Below are positions 50,621 through 62,289 of a DNA stretch of 64,000 nt, one piece after another. Source of the stretch: Phoronis australis (Eukaryota > Animalia > Phoronida); contig NMRA01000078.1 of NCBI GenBank assembly GCA_002633005.1, positions 62,001 to 126,000 on the forward strand. Reading direction: 5' to 3'. Numbering within the stretch: the first letter of the stretch is position 1; each line of letters opens with the position of its first letter. Made by a program: the position numbers and the translations under genes. The notes beneath the pieces are model-generated. The model saw only the letters and a list, made by a program, of their open reading frames with translations. It did no database searches and was not told the origin of the DNA.

Positions 50621-52602
50621 ATTGTATGGCCATGCCGTGTCTTGAGAAACATTTTCCACACCTCAAACGTCTAAATATACATTCTTAAAGTTAAACAATA
50701 AAAATCGTGATTGGAGAAGTTGTATACCTGTAAGACGACCATATTTAGACAAGCGCCGCAGCTGGCAAATACGTGCTGTCTTAAAAACACTCTTGAACCC
50801 TGTAGCGTAATTCCCTACCAACCAACTTTGTGGTATTGTTGGCAAAATGAGAGAACGTTATGTGTTATACATGCAAATTAGGTGCATCCATGAATTATTG
50901 TTAACGAAGTATTAATTCTTAACGACGCAAACTAATTCAATTACACGTAACAGGTCATGATTATTTTAAATGACTTATCCTTATTAAAATAATATTATAG
51001 GCAAGATATCCATTTTCGAGCTTCAAAAGAGGGGCTGCGGTTAAAAAGCGGGGGCCTTATATTAGTATAGAAGCCCCACCTGAAGGCGGCCAGAAAGCGG
51101 GCCCTTATGTTAATACAGGAAGCTCCTGCTCTTGGTGGTATTTGGGCGTATAATTTTCGTTTTTAGCTGTAAACAGTACGTGTTATTATCACTGGCACCA
51201 CCTCCGAGTCTGCTACTTAATTCCAAACTAAATAAACCAGTTGTAAGCTCAGGGGCTGTGGCAACTGGCTATTCAAATCTCAAGGTATCAGAAAAATTCT
51301 ATGTGTACAGTTGAGAAATGAGATGTGGTACCTCATGGCATCATTGCTTTGTATGGGTAGGTCAGCTTACAATGGTACTGGGAAAATTAATGCACGAGAA
51401 TGTCTCGTAACGTGTGAGAAATAAATCAATTACTGCTATGTCCGGCAATGGTTATTAGACCTTTGGAAAAATCGGAACTAAATGAAATTGGCACTTAGCC
51501 AAGCCATGCTTCCAATAGCGTTAGCGCGATGCCTAAAGCGAAATATACCGCGTTAACAGTAGAACAAAGACATGTATTTATTGTACATGTATGTGCTTCA
51601 AGCACGCGGCTATTGGACATTGTTGCAGAAAGGAAGTAGTTGCTGCTACGCCACTTAATTGCATGACAAGGCTAAAAATCGTTCACTGTCCGTCATTTTT
51701 TCCCGTTGTTTTAAAGCTAACCAATGACTGCCGAGGTTACATCAACCAATGCTAAAGCGTGTGCTACAGCGTGATTACCTGCGTGCTGACTAAGCACGTA
51801 GGGAACCAACGAGTCACCACAAGTACACGCGCGTCCTCTTGTAATGTAAAGATTGTCGAATAGCCCCATTGGTTGTCTGAAAAACTGAATCTGATAAGAA
51901 CGTTAACGCTTAACTGATCGGTTAATCGCGAAGCTTCGATAGAAATGCCTTGGCCCCGCCTGCGTCTGGGGGCTGAAGAAGACATCTACCAACTAGATCG
52001 ACAACAACACCGTCTTCAAGCTTAGAACTGGCCACTGCCAGTGTCTTTCTCAATTGCGCCTGAAACTTTCTCACATGGATAAGTGCTGGAGTGGCCGCAC
52101 TAGCCCACAGACACCAGCCCACATCCTACAGAACAGTCCTACTTGTCTGATTTGATACCCGAAGGCACCAAACATGGCCCAGTCCGGTAGAGCTCCATGA
52201 AAAGCTGTGGGGTTCGGCAACGTGACTCCAACGGGAGGCAGACTTTGCCCAGATGACAGAACTGAATATTTCAACTGCATGGCCGGGAACGCAGAATGTA
52301 GAGAACTGGACATTAACACTAGACCACCATTGGACTTTAAAATGCTTGTCTGCTTGGAAATGGATTTTTCCATTATCATCTGTGCTATGGGTGGCTGCGA
52401 GCAACAGTTTGAATTTGTTTGCCTCTTCAGTAGCCACTTCGATAATCACGGTGGCTCTATTTGGCAATTTTATGTTAGATGTCGCGATCAAAAACATACT
52501 GTAAAGACTCAGTTGATTGGCTTTGCGATCGCGGCAGACTTCGCAGCGGTGACTATGCGCGGCCTAACTGCGTTCAATGTCGGAACCTATGCGCGTTAAC
52601 TT

Positions 52603-52626
52603 CAGTGGCGGAACTAGGATACCGTA
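52603..52626 (+). mobile_element. Left terminus of an outer hAT-like element, continuing at 54700
   Basis: CAGTGGCGGAACTAGGATACCGTA + AGGGGGCCA is restored when family B copy 3 is removed; right end not found. Confidence 0.55.
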
Positions 52627-54694
52627 CAGAGGTGGATTTAGGGGGGTCCCGCCCCCTCCCCCCTTGGCTGCCGCAAAAAAAATAAAACAGCAAGAGCGTA
52701 GGGAAATGTTGAGTTTATTAATTAACCCCGGTAATTAAAATTATACGAATGAAACAAGATTTAAATGTGTGCAGTTTTCGTGTTTGGGGGGGGGGTCAGA
52801 CTCAATTTCAAGTGTCAAATTCGGAGCACGGCGCATTCGTAACAAAACTATGGCTAAGTATAGGCTCTCCCGCGATATCCCAAGCGACCTGCAGTGGCGC
52901 TGCGCACTACGACTCCGTTTCCGTCGTCTGCTCCACTGTGCAATGAAGAAAATTTACTTCATTTTTTAAAGAAAATGGAACCTGAGTTACGATGAAAAAA
53001 CAGAAGCTGCTGGTAAGATGTGAATTTTAATCGAAGCCTTAGTGAATCACTCAGAAACTCATAATTCTCTCTTTGTCAAACCTTAACTTAAGAAGATTTC
53101 CGAAGCAATCCCGTCCATTACCATCAATATTGAAACCTTGAACTGCGCAGCCCCCTCCAGGATACATAGGATTCGCAGAAAACACAGCGTGGGGGTCTTA
53201 TTTATGAACCAATCACATTTGCCGATAGCACATAATATAGATAAGTATTTTATTAAAAACGTGACCAAGTTTCAGCAAAATTGGAAAAAAAAATATGTTT
53301 AACATGGTATGGCCAAAGTTTCGGCTTATTTTGTCGCTTCGATCAGTGGAATCGCCGCTGAAAACCCGGAAGTGCATGTGAGAAAACGATAATTTTCGAC
53401 CAAGCCTTTCATGTCCGGTTAGTTGCCGATAGACCCAACAGATGTCAGTATAATCAAGATTGAAATGTAGGAGTTTGAAGAAAATTAGACAAAATGTTGT
53501 ATTTAATATGGGGTGGCCAAAAATTGCCAATTTTGGCCTTTTGATATCAGTTTATTTTATCATAGACTATCCTCAGTGGGTCTAGTTAATTCGAAGGTTT
53601 TGGTTAAATCCCTGATAATATTCACATCAGTATATTAATAAACGTTTGCTTTATATATAACAGTTTGATTCCAATGCTCTTAGTTGTGCGTCCACCAGGG
53701 ATTGGCCCTTTACCGGCCTATGGGAGAGAGGCACTGAAACCCGAAGTAGCTATGTCAGGAAAACTCACCTGAGCTGTTTACGATCCTCTTCAGAGAAAAA
53801 AACGTCTTAGTACCTAATAATAATTTGTGTCCGAGTACTTCGGGCATGGTTTAAAATTGAAAGGAGTCATTACAAGTTGAATTTATGCGAATTGTAATCT
53901 TGCATTGCGAAAAACTATTGAGGTAGTGCGAGATGGGCAACGAGTAAAAAAGACAGCTTTGACTTGCTTACGAGTGGTGACTGATGGTATTGGCCAGACA
54001 TCTGTAATAATGTGTTTTGTCTTTCCTTTTTAACGGAATATATTTGAACTTTGGTAATTTTGGGCTACAAAATGTAGAACAACCTTCCTGGTGCTTCTCT
54101 CAAGTAGACACGCGGAGTGTGAAGCGCTAACTGGTCCATAAGCGATGACCTACTTTATGCAGAGAACCTGGCGGATGACCTAGTTTACGTATTGCTGGTA
54201 ATGATTATTGCCAACACGAAAAACTTATTTGGTCTTTTGGGCAATTGAATACTGAACAAATTTGTTACGAACCGATTGCACAAAGTATAAAACGTGTAAT
54301 AAACATTACAAAAAGAAGTAGGTTTCGCGCGCAAACGCTGTGGACCATAAACAAGTAGGTCTCTTAGTACAAGTTTGGTAGTTTTAAAAATCGTGGTGGT
54401 GTAGTGGTAAAGCACGCACACTCCATTCGCCAGGTCGTAAGTTCGAATCTGTGGTGCTTGCAGTTTTTCCTGTTTGACATGTTCTCCGTGTTTTTTTGCC
54501 TTTTTTTCCTTGGATAACACTTCAGGAATCAAGGAAAATTCTTGATTTTTAGAGGAAAAAACAGAAAAATTTCCCCCCTCCCGACCTCCCCCCCATTCGG
54601 TGCTATGCGCACCTACAATCGTGGTTGGGCGCAAATGCTTAATACAGCCGGACAAAATGTTGGCCCCCCTTGTGATATCCTAGATCCGCCACTG
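52627..54694 (+). mobile_element. hAT-like family B, copy 3, with nested insertion
   Basis: CAGAGGTGGATTTAGG ... CCTAGATCCGCCACTG; TSD CCGTA; colinear with copies 1 and 2 apart from 53116-54203. Confidence 0.85.
53116..54203. mobile_element. Unclassified TIR element nested in family B
   Basis: TIRs CATTACCATCAATATTGAAAC / GTTTACGTATTGCTGGTAATG; copy 2 of family B shows the empty site ATCCCGTC|ATTATTGCC. Confidence 0.75.
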
Positions 54695-54740
54695 CCGTAA
54701 GGGGGCCAACATGTTGCCTCGGGGAATTGGACAAAGCGCA

Positions 54741-57443
54741 ATTATATGTGCACAGGCGGCCCGAAAGTTGCGGGGCCGGGGACGTGGACCTTCTGCTCCG
54801 AAAATGTATCATCCGCTACCGGTCCTAGTTACTGAACTCAATATTTCCTCACGCTTCAAGCTGTACCACTCGAAGGGACAGCGTTGCACCATGACGAGTG
54901 AGTGAAGAAATAACCCACATGCCGATAAAAAGCGATCGAAATTTGTTTGCCATCATGTGGGGATTTCATATCCCCAATATTTCTTGACCGAAGAAAACAC
55001 CAAATGAGTATAATTTCGTATTTACTTGAAACGCTCAATGACTCGATCATTTCCGTTCAAACGGATACCTGTGAGTCAACATTGAAATTCAAGGGCCTAC
55101 CCGCTCTATATAGTAAGACTCAGGAATCCATACCTCGACAGTACGGCTCGAGGCGAGTTAAGGAACGGGCTTAGGCTGTACTTACGAAGTGTTGTGTGAG
55201 CGTTTCCTGACATTACTGCAGATAAAATGCACCATATTGCACTGACTATCCGCGTCACTGACATGACTGGCTGATATTCAAAATTTTGTGTTGCAATGTG
55301 CGAGTGCATAATCTGAATTGTGACGAAAACATGACCAGGGCCGGGTTATGTAATTACCCAAAATCTCGGACTCCAATGAAAATTATTCTTTTGTAGATTT
55401 AACCTACATACACATTATTCCTGTATTCGGAATCAAATGGAAAAAGCAACCTTCTGAACACCAATACCACCAATAAAAGGTGTAACCTGTCTGCAAGGAT
55501 AACTGATAAAAACCGACCCTTTGAAAAGCTCCAGTCCACAAAGTGAACCTTTCGTTGTGAATTTAATCGGGAAATGTACATTAGGTAGGAAATATAAGGC
55601 CGTAAAAAGTCGCGCTCCGTGTGTCCCACACATGCGAGTACACCCATCCTGTCCCAAATTGCCCACACGCGAACGTGTCAACCAAGGTTTAAGAGTTCCA
55701 TACACTTAATTTTTTGCGGTTAAGAGCGAGATCACACAAAATCACGCAAAATGCGAAGGCTAGTGTTTTGCAAGCATACTTGCGAGTCTTTGCATGGCTG
55801 CGTTCCGGTTCCGCAGAGTGACGCAAGTAAAGCTAGTGTGATCGCTGCGTTCTTCGGTTGCAATGGATGGCGATATCTCTCGAAGTCTTGTGTGATGTTG
55901 CGTTGTCGTGAGGTTCTCACCTCGAATACCAACATGTTCTTTTGGGCACCTGGGAAACGACATATAACAACACGAAAAGTTCCAATCCCTCTATNTCCTT
56001 GGGAAACAGGTAGTAACTAAATTTTTTATTTCGCTAACTGGTATAGCATGCCAGGCACACAACACGTATAACCTCCCTGTGGCCGGTTCGCCCCCACGCT
56101 TGCCGACGTACTTGTTTACCGGCTTAACCACAATGCAACATTCTGACCCATTTCCAATATGGCGGCGTTGCAACTCCGCTATTATATGTGCACAGGCGGC
56201 CCGAAAGTTGCGGGGCCGGGGACGTGGACCTTCTGCTCCGAAAATGTATCATCCGCTACCGATCCTAGTTACTGAACTCAATATTTCCTCACGCTTCAAG
56301 CTGTACCACTCGAAGGGACAGCGTTGCACCATGCCGAGTGAGTGAAGAAATAACCCACATGCCGATAAAAAAGCGATCGAAATTTGTTTGCCATCATGTG
56401 GGGATTTCATATCCCCAATATTTCTTTGAGCGAAGAAAACACCAAATGAGTATAATTTCGTATTTACTTGAAACGCTCAATGACTCGATCATTTCCGTTC
56501 AAAACGGATACCTTTGAGTCAACTTTGAAATTCAGAGGCCACATACCCGCTCTATATAGTAAGACTCAGGAATCCTATACCTCAACAGTACGGCTAGATA
56601 GGCGAGCACAAGAACGGGCTTAGGCTGTACTTACGAAGTGTTGTGTGAGCGTTTCCTGACATTACTGCAGATAAAATGCACCATATTGCACTGACTATCC
56701 GCGTCACTGACATGACTGGCTGATATTCAAAATTTTGTGCTGCAATGTGCGAGTGCATAATCTGAATTGTGACGAAAACATGACCAGGGCCGGGTTATGT
56801 AATTACCCAAAATCTCGGACTCCAATGAAAATTATTCTTTTGTAGATTTAACCTACATACACATTATTCCTGTATTCGGAATCAAATGGAAAAAGCAACC
56901 CTCTGAACACCAATACCACCAATAAAAGGTGTAACCTGTCTGCAAGGATAACTGATAAAAACCGACCCTTTGAAAAGCTCCAGTCCACAAAGTGAACCTT
57001 TCGTTGTGAATTTAATCGGGAAATGTACATTAGGTAGGAAATATAAGGCCGTAAAAAGTCGCGCTCCGTGTGTCCCACACATGCGAGTACACCCATCCTG
57101 TCCCAAATTGCCCACACGCGAACGTGTCAACCAAGGTTTAAGAGTTCCATACACTTAATTTTTTGCGGTTAAGAGCGAGATCACACAAAATCACGCAAAA
57201 TGCGAAGGCTAGTGTTTTGCAAGCATACTTGCGAGTCTTTGCATGGCTGCGTTCCGGTTCCGCAGAGTGACGCAAGTAAAGCTAGTGTGATCGCTGCGTT
57301 CTTCGGTTGCAATGGATGGCGATATCTCTCGAAGTCTTGTGTGATGTTGCGTTGTCGTGAGGTTCTCACCTCGAATACCAACATGTTCTTTTGGGCACCT
57401 GGGAAACGACATATAACAACACGAAAAGTTCCAATCCCTCTAT
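54741..57443. other. ~1.25-kb duplication (54741-55994 vs 56181-57443) at N55995; probable two haplotypes assembled in tandem
   Basis: High identity with scattered SNPs and indels; junction on an N; different upstream flanks. Confidence 0.8.
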
Positions 57444-58771
57444 TGTTAGAATGATCGAGGCTTCATTAAGCCTATCTTATCTGGTCACAAACAACTCAGG
57501 CCTAATTTCCGAACGCTCTCATCTAAAATTTCGAGGACATTTTCAGCGAGATAAATGCACAGTCTGGTCTTCCATTTTCAAAACTCGATGATCTATTAAC
57601 TGAAATCACAACAGCTTTGAATGTCATCCGAAAGACATTGGCTTGCTGACTGTTGATTACGTTTCCACTGTATTGGTTTAGGGACCTCCACGTCTACAAT
57701 AGACAGGTTCAACAGGCAATGCAAATGTGACTGGGTTTTCCAAAGGCTTTGGGGTTATCGGGTTGTCACTGTAAAAAAATCTCTTCATGATACCTGGCTG
57801 GTTCTAAAGTTGCAACAGACGCACATACTTGAACTGAAACACTTTAGATAAAATTGTCCTTGATTACATACTTGGGTCTTGGTTAAAGCTACTTTCTGTA
57901 GTGTTGGTGCCAGATATAATCGAATTGAAACGCCATTTTTTTTGGAAATCGAAAGTCAAAAAATCCGGTGCAACTGGGAATCTGATGTTGACGAAACTAA
58001 TAATTTTGTTTTTAGTCGTGAAAGCTGAAATGCTCTTCATGTAGAACCAATGTGCAGTGAAAAAGGTGGCTTTGTCACGTCAAGTCGCTTTTCAAACAAG
58101 AACACCATCGAGATCAACCAAGTCACGGGTTGACACTGGAAGAGTCACGGTGGAGTAGAACTTCAACTGCACTTCCGAAAAGGTGGTTATATATATTTGC
58201 TGTTAAGAGAAAGCGGTTGGATGTTGAAGAAAACGATAGTATGGTGCAAGAGGTAGGCTTATAAGGCAGGCTCCGATGCTTTGCCTTCTCCATAATCTCA
58301 GCGAGATCTTGATTTTCACAGAGTTTCCATACTACCATCAATGTTCCACGTGGACGGACGAATGAAAATAGCTATCCTGGAAAGTCAAAATTCAAAAAGA
58401 GTCTGCTGGAGGAAGTGTCGCAATCTCCAACTATAAGACCGAAAGACGTATCGGCAGTTCGGTAGATATTGAACTGGCCAACATATGAAACCCTGGTGGT
58501 ATTCACATCTGTTTTTAAGGTGCGACTCCCAAAGTGTTTGTCCTGAGTTGATGTCTACCTGAACATCTGGCCTGGTTCTTTTCTCGCCTCGTAAAAAGGC
58601 AGGTGTATCTCCCCACAAGATTTTCATCTTAGACCCGAGGTTGTTCTTGAGTTGAGATGTTATGTTTTTTACACTGATACATTTGCTTTGCCACTAATCA
58701 TATGATTATGAAATCCTCATGACAATATGTAACAGCATATGTTAATAAAAACAACGACGGATTTATACCGG

Positions 58772-58813
58772 CTTGACATGTTTCGGCGTTTATTGAAACA
58801 CCATCATCAGAAG
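58772..58813 (-). ncRNA. Minimal type I hammerhead ribozyme motif
   Basis: CUU-CUGAUGA-U-GGUGUUU(CAAU)AAACGCC-GAAA-CAU-GUC^AAG: intact core, 7-bp stem II, palindromic ACAUGU stem III. Confidence 0.75.
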
Positions 58814-59174
58814 AAAAAACAGTTATATAGGCGAAACTGTTCGCCATTTGAAAACCTGAACGAGGGAACATCTAAATTCTGACCGTGGCAGAACTTCACA
58901 TATTTTGATATATTAAAATATTCATCTGCTGAGCTCCAATCATTGTTATCAGCAATGCTCTTTCAATGACTTTTCAACTAACCTGAAACAACAAAGGAGC
59001 TTAAAATTCGTGAGGCTCGCCACACATCAGTTGGTGCAAGCCCAGTCTCAATAGGCAACTGGCACACCACAGATTGGCATTGTTGGCCTAGTCTATTGTT
59101 ACTCTCCTGTAACTGACTCTGTCTGTGTGAGTCATTATTTGCTGTTATACCCTAGCAAGGCGACTTCTGTTTTT

Positions 59175-59216
59175 CTTCTGATGATGGTGTTTCAATAAAC
59201 GGCGAAACATGACAAA
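59175..59216 (+). ncRNA. Second hammerhead copy, cleavage triplet mutated (GUC to GAC)
   Basis: CTGATGATGGTGTTTCAATAAACGGCGAAACATGAC. Confidence 0.55.
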
Positions 59217-59799
59217 TCGGTTTAAATCCGTCGTTGTTTTTATAATGAAATCTACAGTCACAGATCGATATTGTATTGATATCAAATAGCACATCTCGGA
59301 GACACGCTGACATCCACGTGCAAAGTGGTTGTGACATAGCTGTAGCACTGCATACGGAATTAGCAAAACAGAAGCAATCATAGTGTCGCCCAGAAAAGCT
59401 ACAAACTGGATCTGATGGGTATCATGCACAAACGGGAAATGCGGTTGTGCGGAACGTTAGCTGAACATTTCGTACAGTGTTCTGAGCGTGTAGTGGGCCT
59501 CGCGTCAATCTTTTCAATGAAAAATCTTTGCAGCGCACTCTATTGGAGACGATGTCGAAGATGAGGACGATATGAATTTGAACGATGATTTTAATCATGA
59601 AAGACACTAAACCCTTCACACCATAGTCATATATGCTTGAATTCGGTTACCAACAATTTTGGTGTGATTGTCATCAATTTGAGTACTTGTAATCACGAAA
59701 TAAACGCAAAAATTAAAAAAGTGTGATGTCATCAGTGGATGTCCGGTCTTCGCCATTCAGTGCCATGTTGTCCTACAGCAGCCGTGAGCCAGAATGGTC

Positions 59800-59970
59800 T
59801 CAGAAACAGTGCGTGTGCGGATGATGCAGATAGCAATCGGATCGACAATATTTCAGTTTTTGTATTTCGAAAAGACCTTCAGAAATGGCATAGGCTCGTG
59901 CATGGGACACGGGTATGATAATACACGGTGGAACAAGCGATCACTTTAGGGGCCACGCTGTGCGCTCAGA
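59800..59970 (+). pseudogene. Decayed THAP domain of the Kolobok-like family (copy 4)
   Basis: KQCVCG*C/SNRIDNISVFVFRKDLQKWHRLVHGTRV**YTVEQAITLGATLC aligns with the THAP at 40660-40460; element ends not found. Confidence 0.7.
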
Positions 59971-60766
59971 GCTTGCAGAGGTTTGGTGATGCCTGGGGCG
60001 ATTCTTTAGTGAATGTCCCTCTCTCTACTGAAATGCATGGACCCTACTAAAAGTAAAAAAGATGAAACATATAACATAAAAGCTTTATTCAGTTTAACTA
60101 CAATTAAATCAGTCACAATTTCAAAAAAATTGGTGATTAGATGCCTACCCCGACGTGGATGCATGCCCGGGGTCGTCGCCCCCCACTTCCCCGTAGAACC
60201 TTTGAGATTTTGAGTCATCTCAAGCAAGGCGTTCTTCTGCATGTTTAGTTGCAATATTTTCTTTAAATCCGTATTTTGTAATGATAAACATTTCGACGAT
60301 TCTAGAAGGCATGCACGCAAATGCCAGACCGTAGGCATCAGACCCGAGAAGCCTCATTGGCGTTGACGTATTCCATGAGAGGTTCAGGTGGCTCCCCTAA
60401 AAATTGTACAAGGCTTATTAACATGAATTCTAACGCATTCCAGTGGTAGTTGATGCGGTTTTAGCATTAGACTAGTATTTACAAAAAACATCAAGCGGGA
60501 AATTCTCACTAACAACCGGTTAATATTTTAATGTTAGGTAAAATTACAGATACTCCTAAAAATCACGTTGGACGTGGACGATTTAATGCACATAGCTGGT
60601 GTCGCATGAGGTTATCGCTTCATTTCTTAACGAATAACACTTTCCTAACAGAAATACTATCCATGGTATTTTTCAGGGAGAAGGAGAGGCGGTTTTGCCA
60701 TCAGCAATAGTCCTCTAGAATCAAGCTTACTACATACCAGTTCAAACTTTCATTGTTCCGATTTCG

Positions 60767-60767
60767 G

Positions 60768-60798
<31 letters not shown>
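60767..60798. repeat. (GTT)n microsatellite
   Basis: About 10 GTT units. Confidence 0.95.
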
Positions 60799-62289
60799 GT
60801 GGTTTTCATTTCTCATTTTTCTTATTTGTTGGAGCCGAACGTGATGATTGTATCCTACCCAGTGTATGAAAATGTGTGTTTTTATTGGCGAATTTCATCT
60901 AATTCCTCGCTTGAATAGTTTACACACTGGTCTAGCTCTCTTGTATATGTTTCGTTGTCGATGTGTCGTCTCAAATGTTTCCCATTTTTTTCACTGGGAG
61001 CAGTGTTGCTCAATTTTTTTTGTTTAGCTCGAATTTCCATAATTTTTGCTCCTAATACGACATTACTGCTTGTGACACTGCCGATACTTTCTATGAAGTT
61101 TTTTCTGTCCAGGTGGAAGAATTTGACATCTGGTGATGTATTATTTTTGCATTCTTCTTTGGTTGTTCGAACGAACAACACGTAAGAATAATGATTCGTT
61201 CTGTAAGCCTACACACGTAGCATACTGTCGTGCGCTTTTTCGGTGTAGTACCGGCTCAGTAACGTAAAACTTGCTTGGAGTGGTGGTGGCGACAAGAGGT
61301 CGACGAGATGAAAGTGGTCGGGTGGCGACGGAGTTTGTACGGTCGGCAAATATCAATTTACCCGCCCAATTAACGTCAAAATGTCATTTTCGGAGCAGGA
61401 CTTGTTTTCTGTAGCAGCAGTTCATTACAAGGTTCATTTTAGAAAAATACTGCCAAGGATCAATGGTCTATTTGCCGACCAGGGCCCGATATATGTGGGC
61501 TATGGCAAGACGGTACTACCGCCTGAACTGGGCCAGCAAAGTTGGTAAGCTATTACATTGGCCAAGAATGCGCGGCTGCAGTGCATACCAAAGATGAACC
61601 CTGACAGAACCAGTGGCGCCCGGCTTCCAACTAATTTTTTTGAACGAAAGTGGCGTTCCATTCTTAGCCCGAAAAGACACACGAAATCCAATCCAGGGAG
61701 GAAAGGATTATTGCTATCAAACACGTGCGGAATTTATAAATGAACGTATACAAATGCGCGAATCGGTTTTACGGCAGTTCCGAGGAGCGTTCGCTTTGGT
61801 GGCAGGAGCGGCAGTGAGAATCAATGCGAGTGCGACTTATAGCTTGCAATGACCAATGACAAAGAGAGGCAAATTTTCCAGACGACATATCGTTCTACAA
61901 GTAACATAGGCTTGTATGCAATATTGTTTGCGTTGTAAAATTTAACTGCAAGAAATGTTTTTTGCACGAATAACGTCAAAATAATGATAAAAAAGAGGAA
62001 GCCGGAAATCAAATGAGACGAAATCAAAACCAACAAAGAGAAATCCTCTAAAGAGTAAAATTATAAACCTTGTTATAGTAAACTCTCATTGATTATCTTA
62101 CACTGAGGAATTATGAAAATGAAAGATCTCAATCTGGCAGACATCAGAAATGGGAAGGTTACTCCACTGGACAAAAGTTCCTCAAGAGGACGTTACACCC
62201 CTCATGTAAATGTTCTGGAACAACTTTGAATGGGTCCATGTCTGATGATTACAATACAACACTTGTACAACACACATTGAAAATAAAAT

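Larger units (their letters stand above)
58744..59244 (+). mobile_element. 5'-truncated Penelope-like element: GIY-YIG C-terminal remnant with inverted terminal repeats
   Basis: Plus ~58994-59070 reads KELKIREARH../CKPSLNRQ; 58744-58822 is the reverse complement of 59167-59244. Confidence 0.75.

Noticed and set aside
51371-51377. Possible 7-nt microexon (ttttcccag|TACCATT|gtaagc, minus) upstream of the CUB-like exon
   Set aside because: Phase is compatible, but no upstream signal-peptide exon could be linked; not supportable without transcripts.
52207-52599. VGFGNVTPTGGRL resembling a potassium-channel pore signature
   Set aside because: An in-frame stop lies just upstream, there are no flanking hydrophobic helices and no clear exon boundaries; likely chance.
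55399-55963. Several overlapping short ORFs, repeated at 56848-57454
   Set aside because: No recognisable domain and no consistent exon chain; the repetition comes from the duplication.
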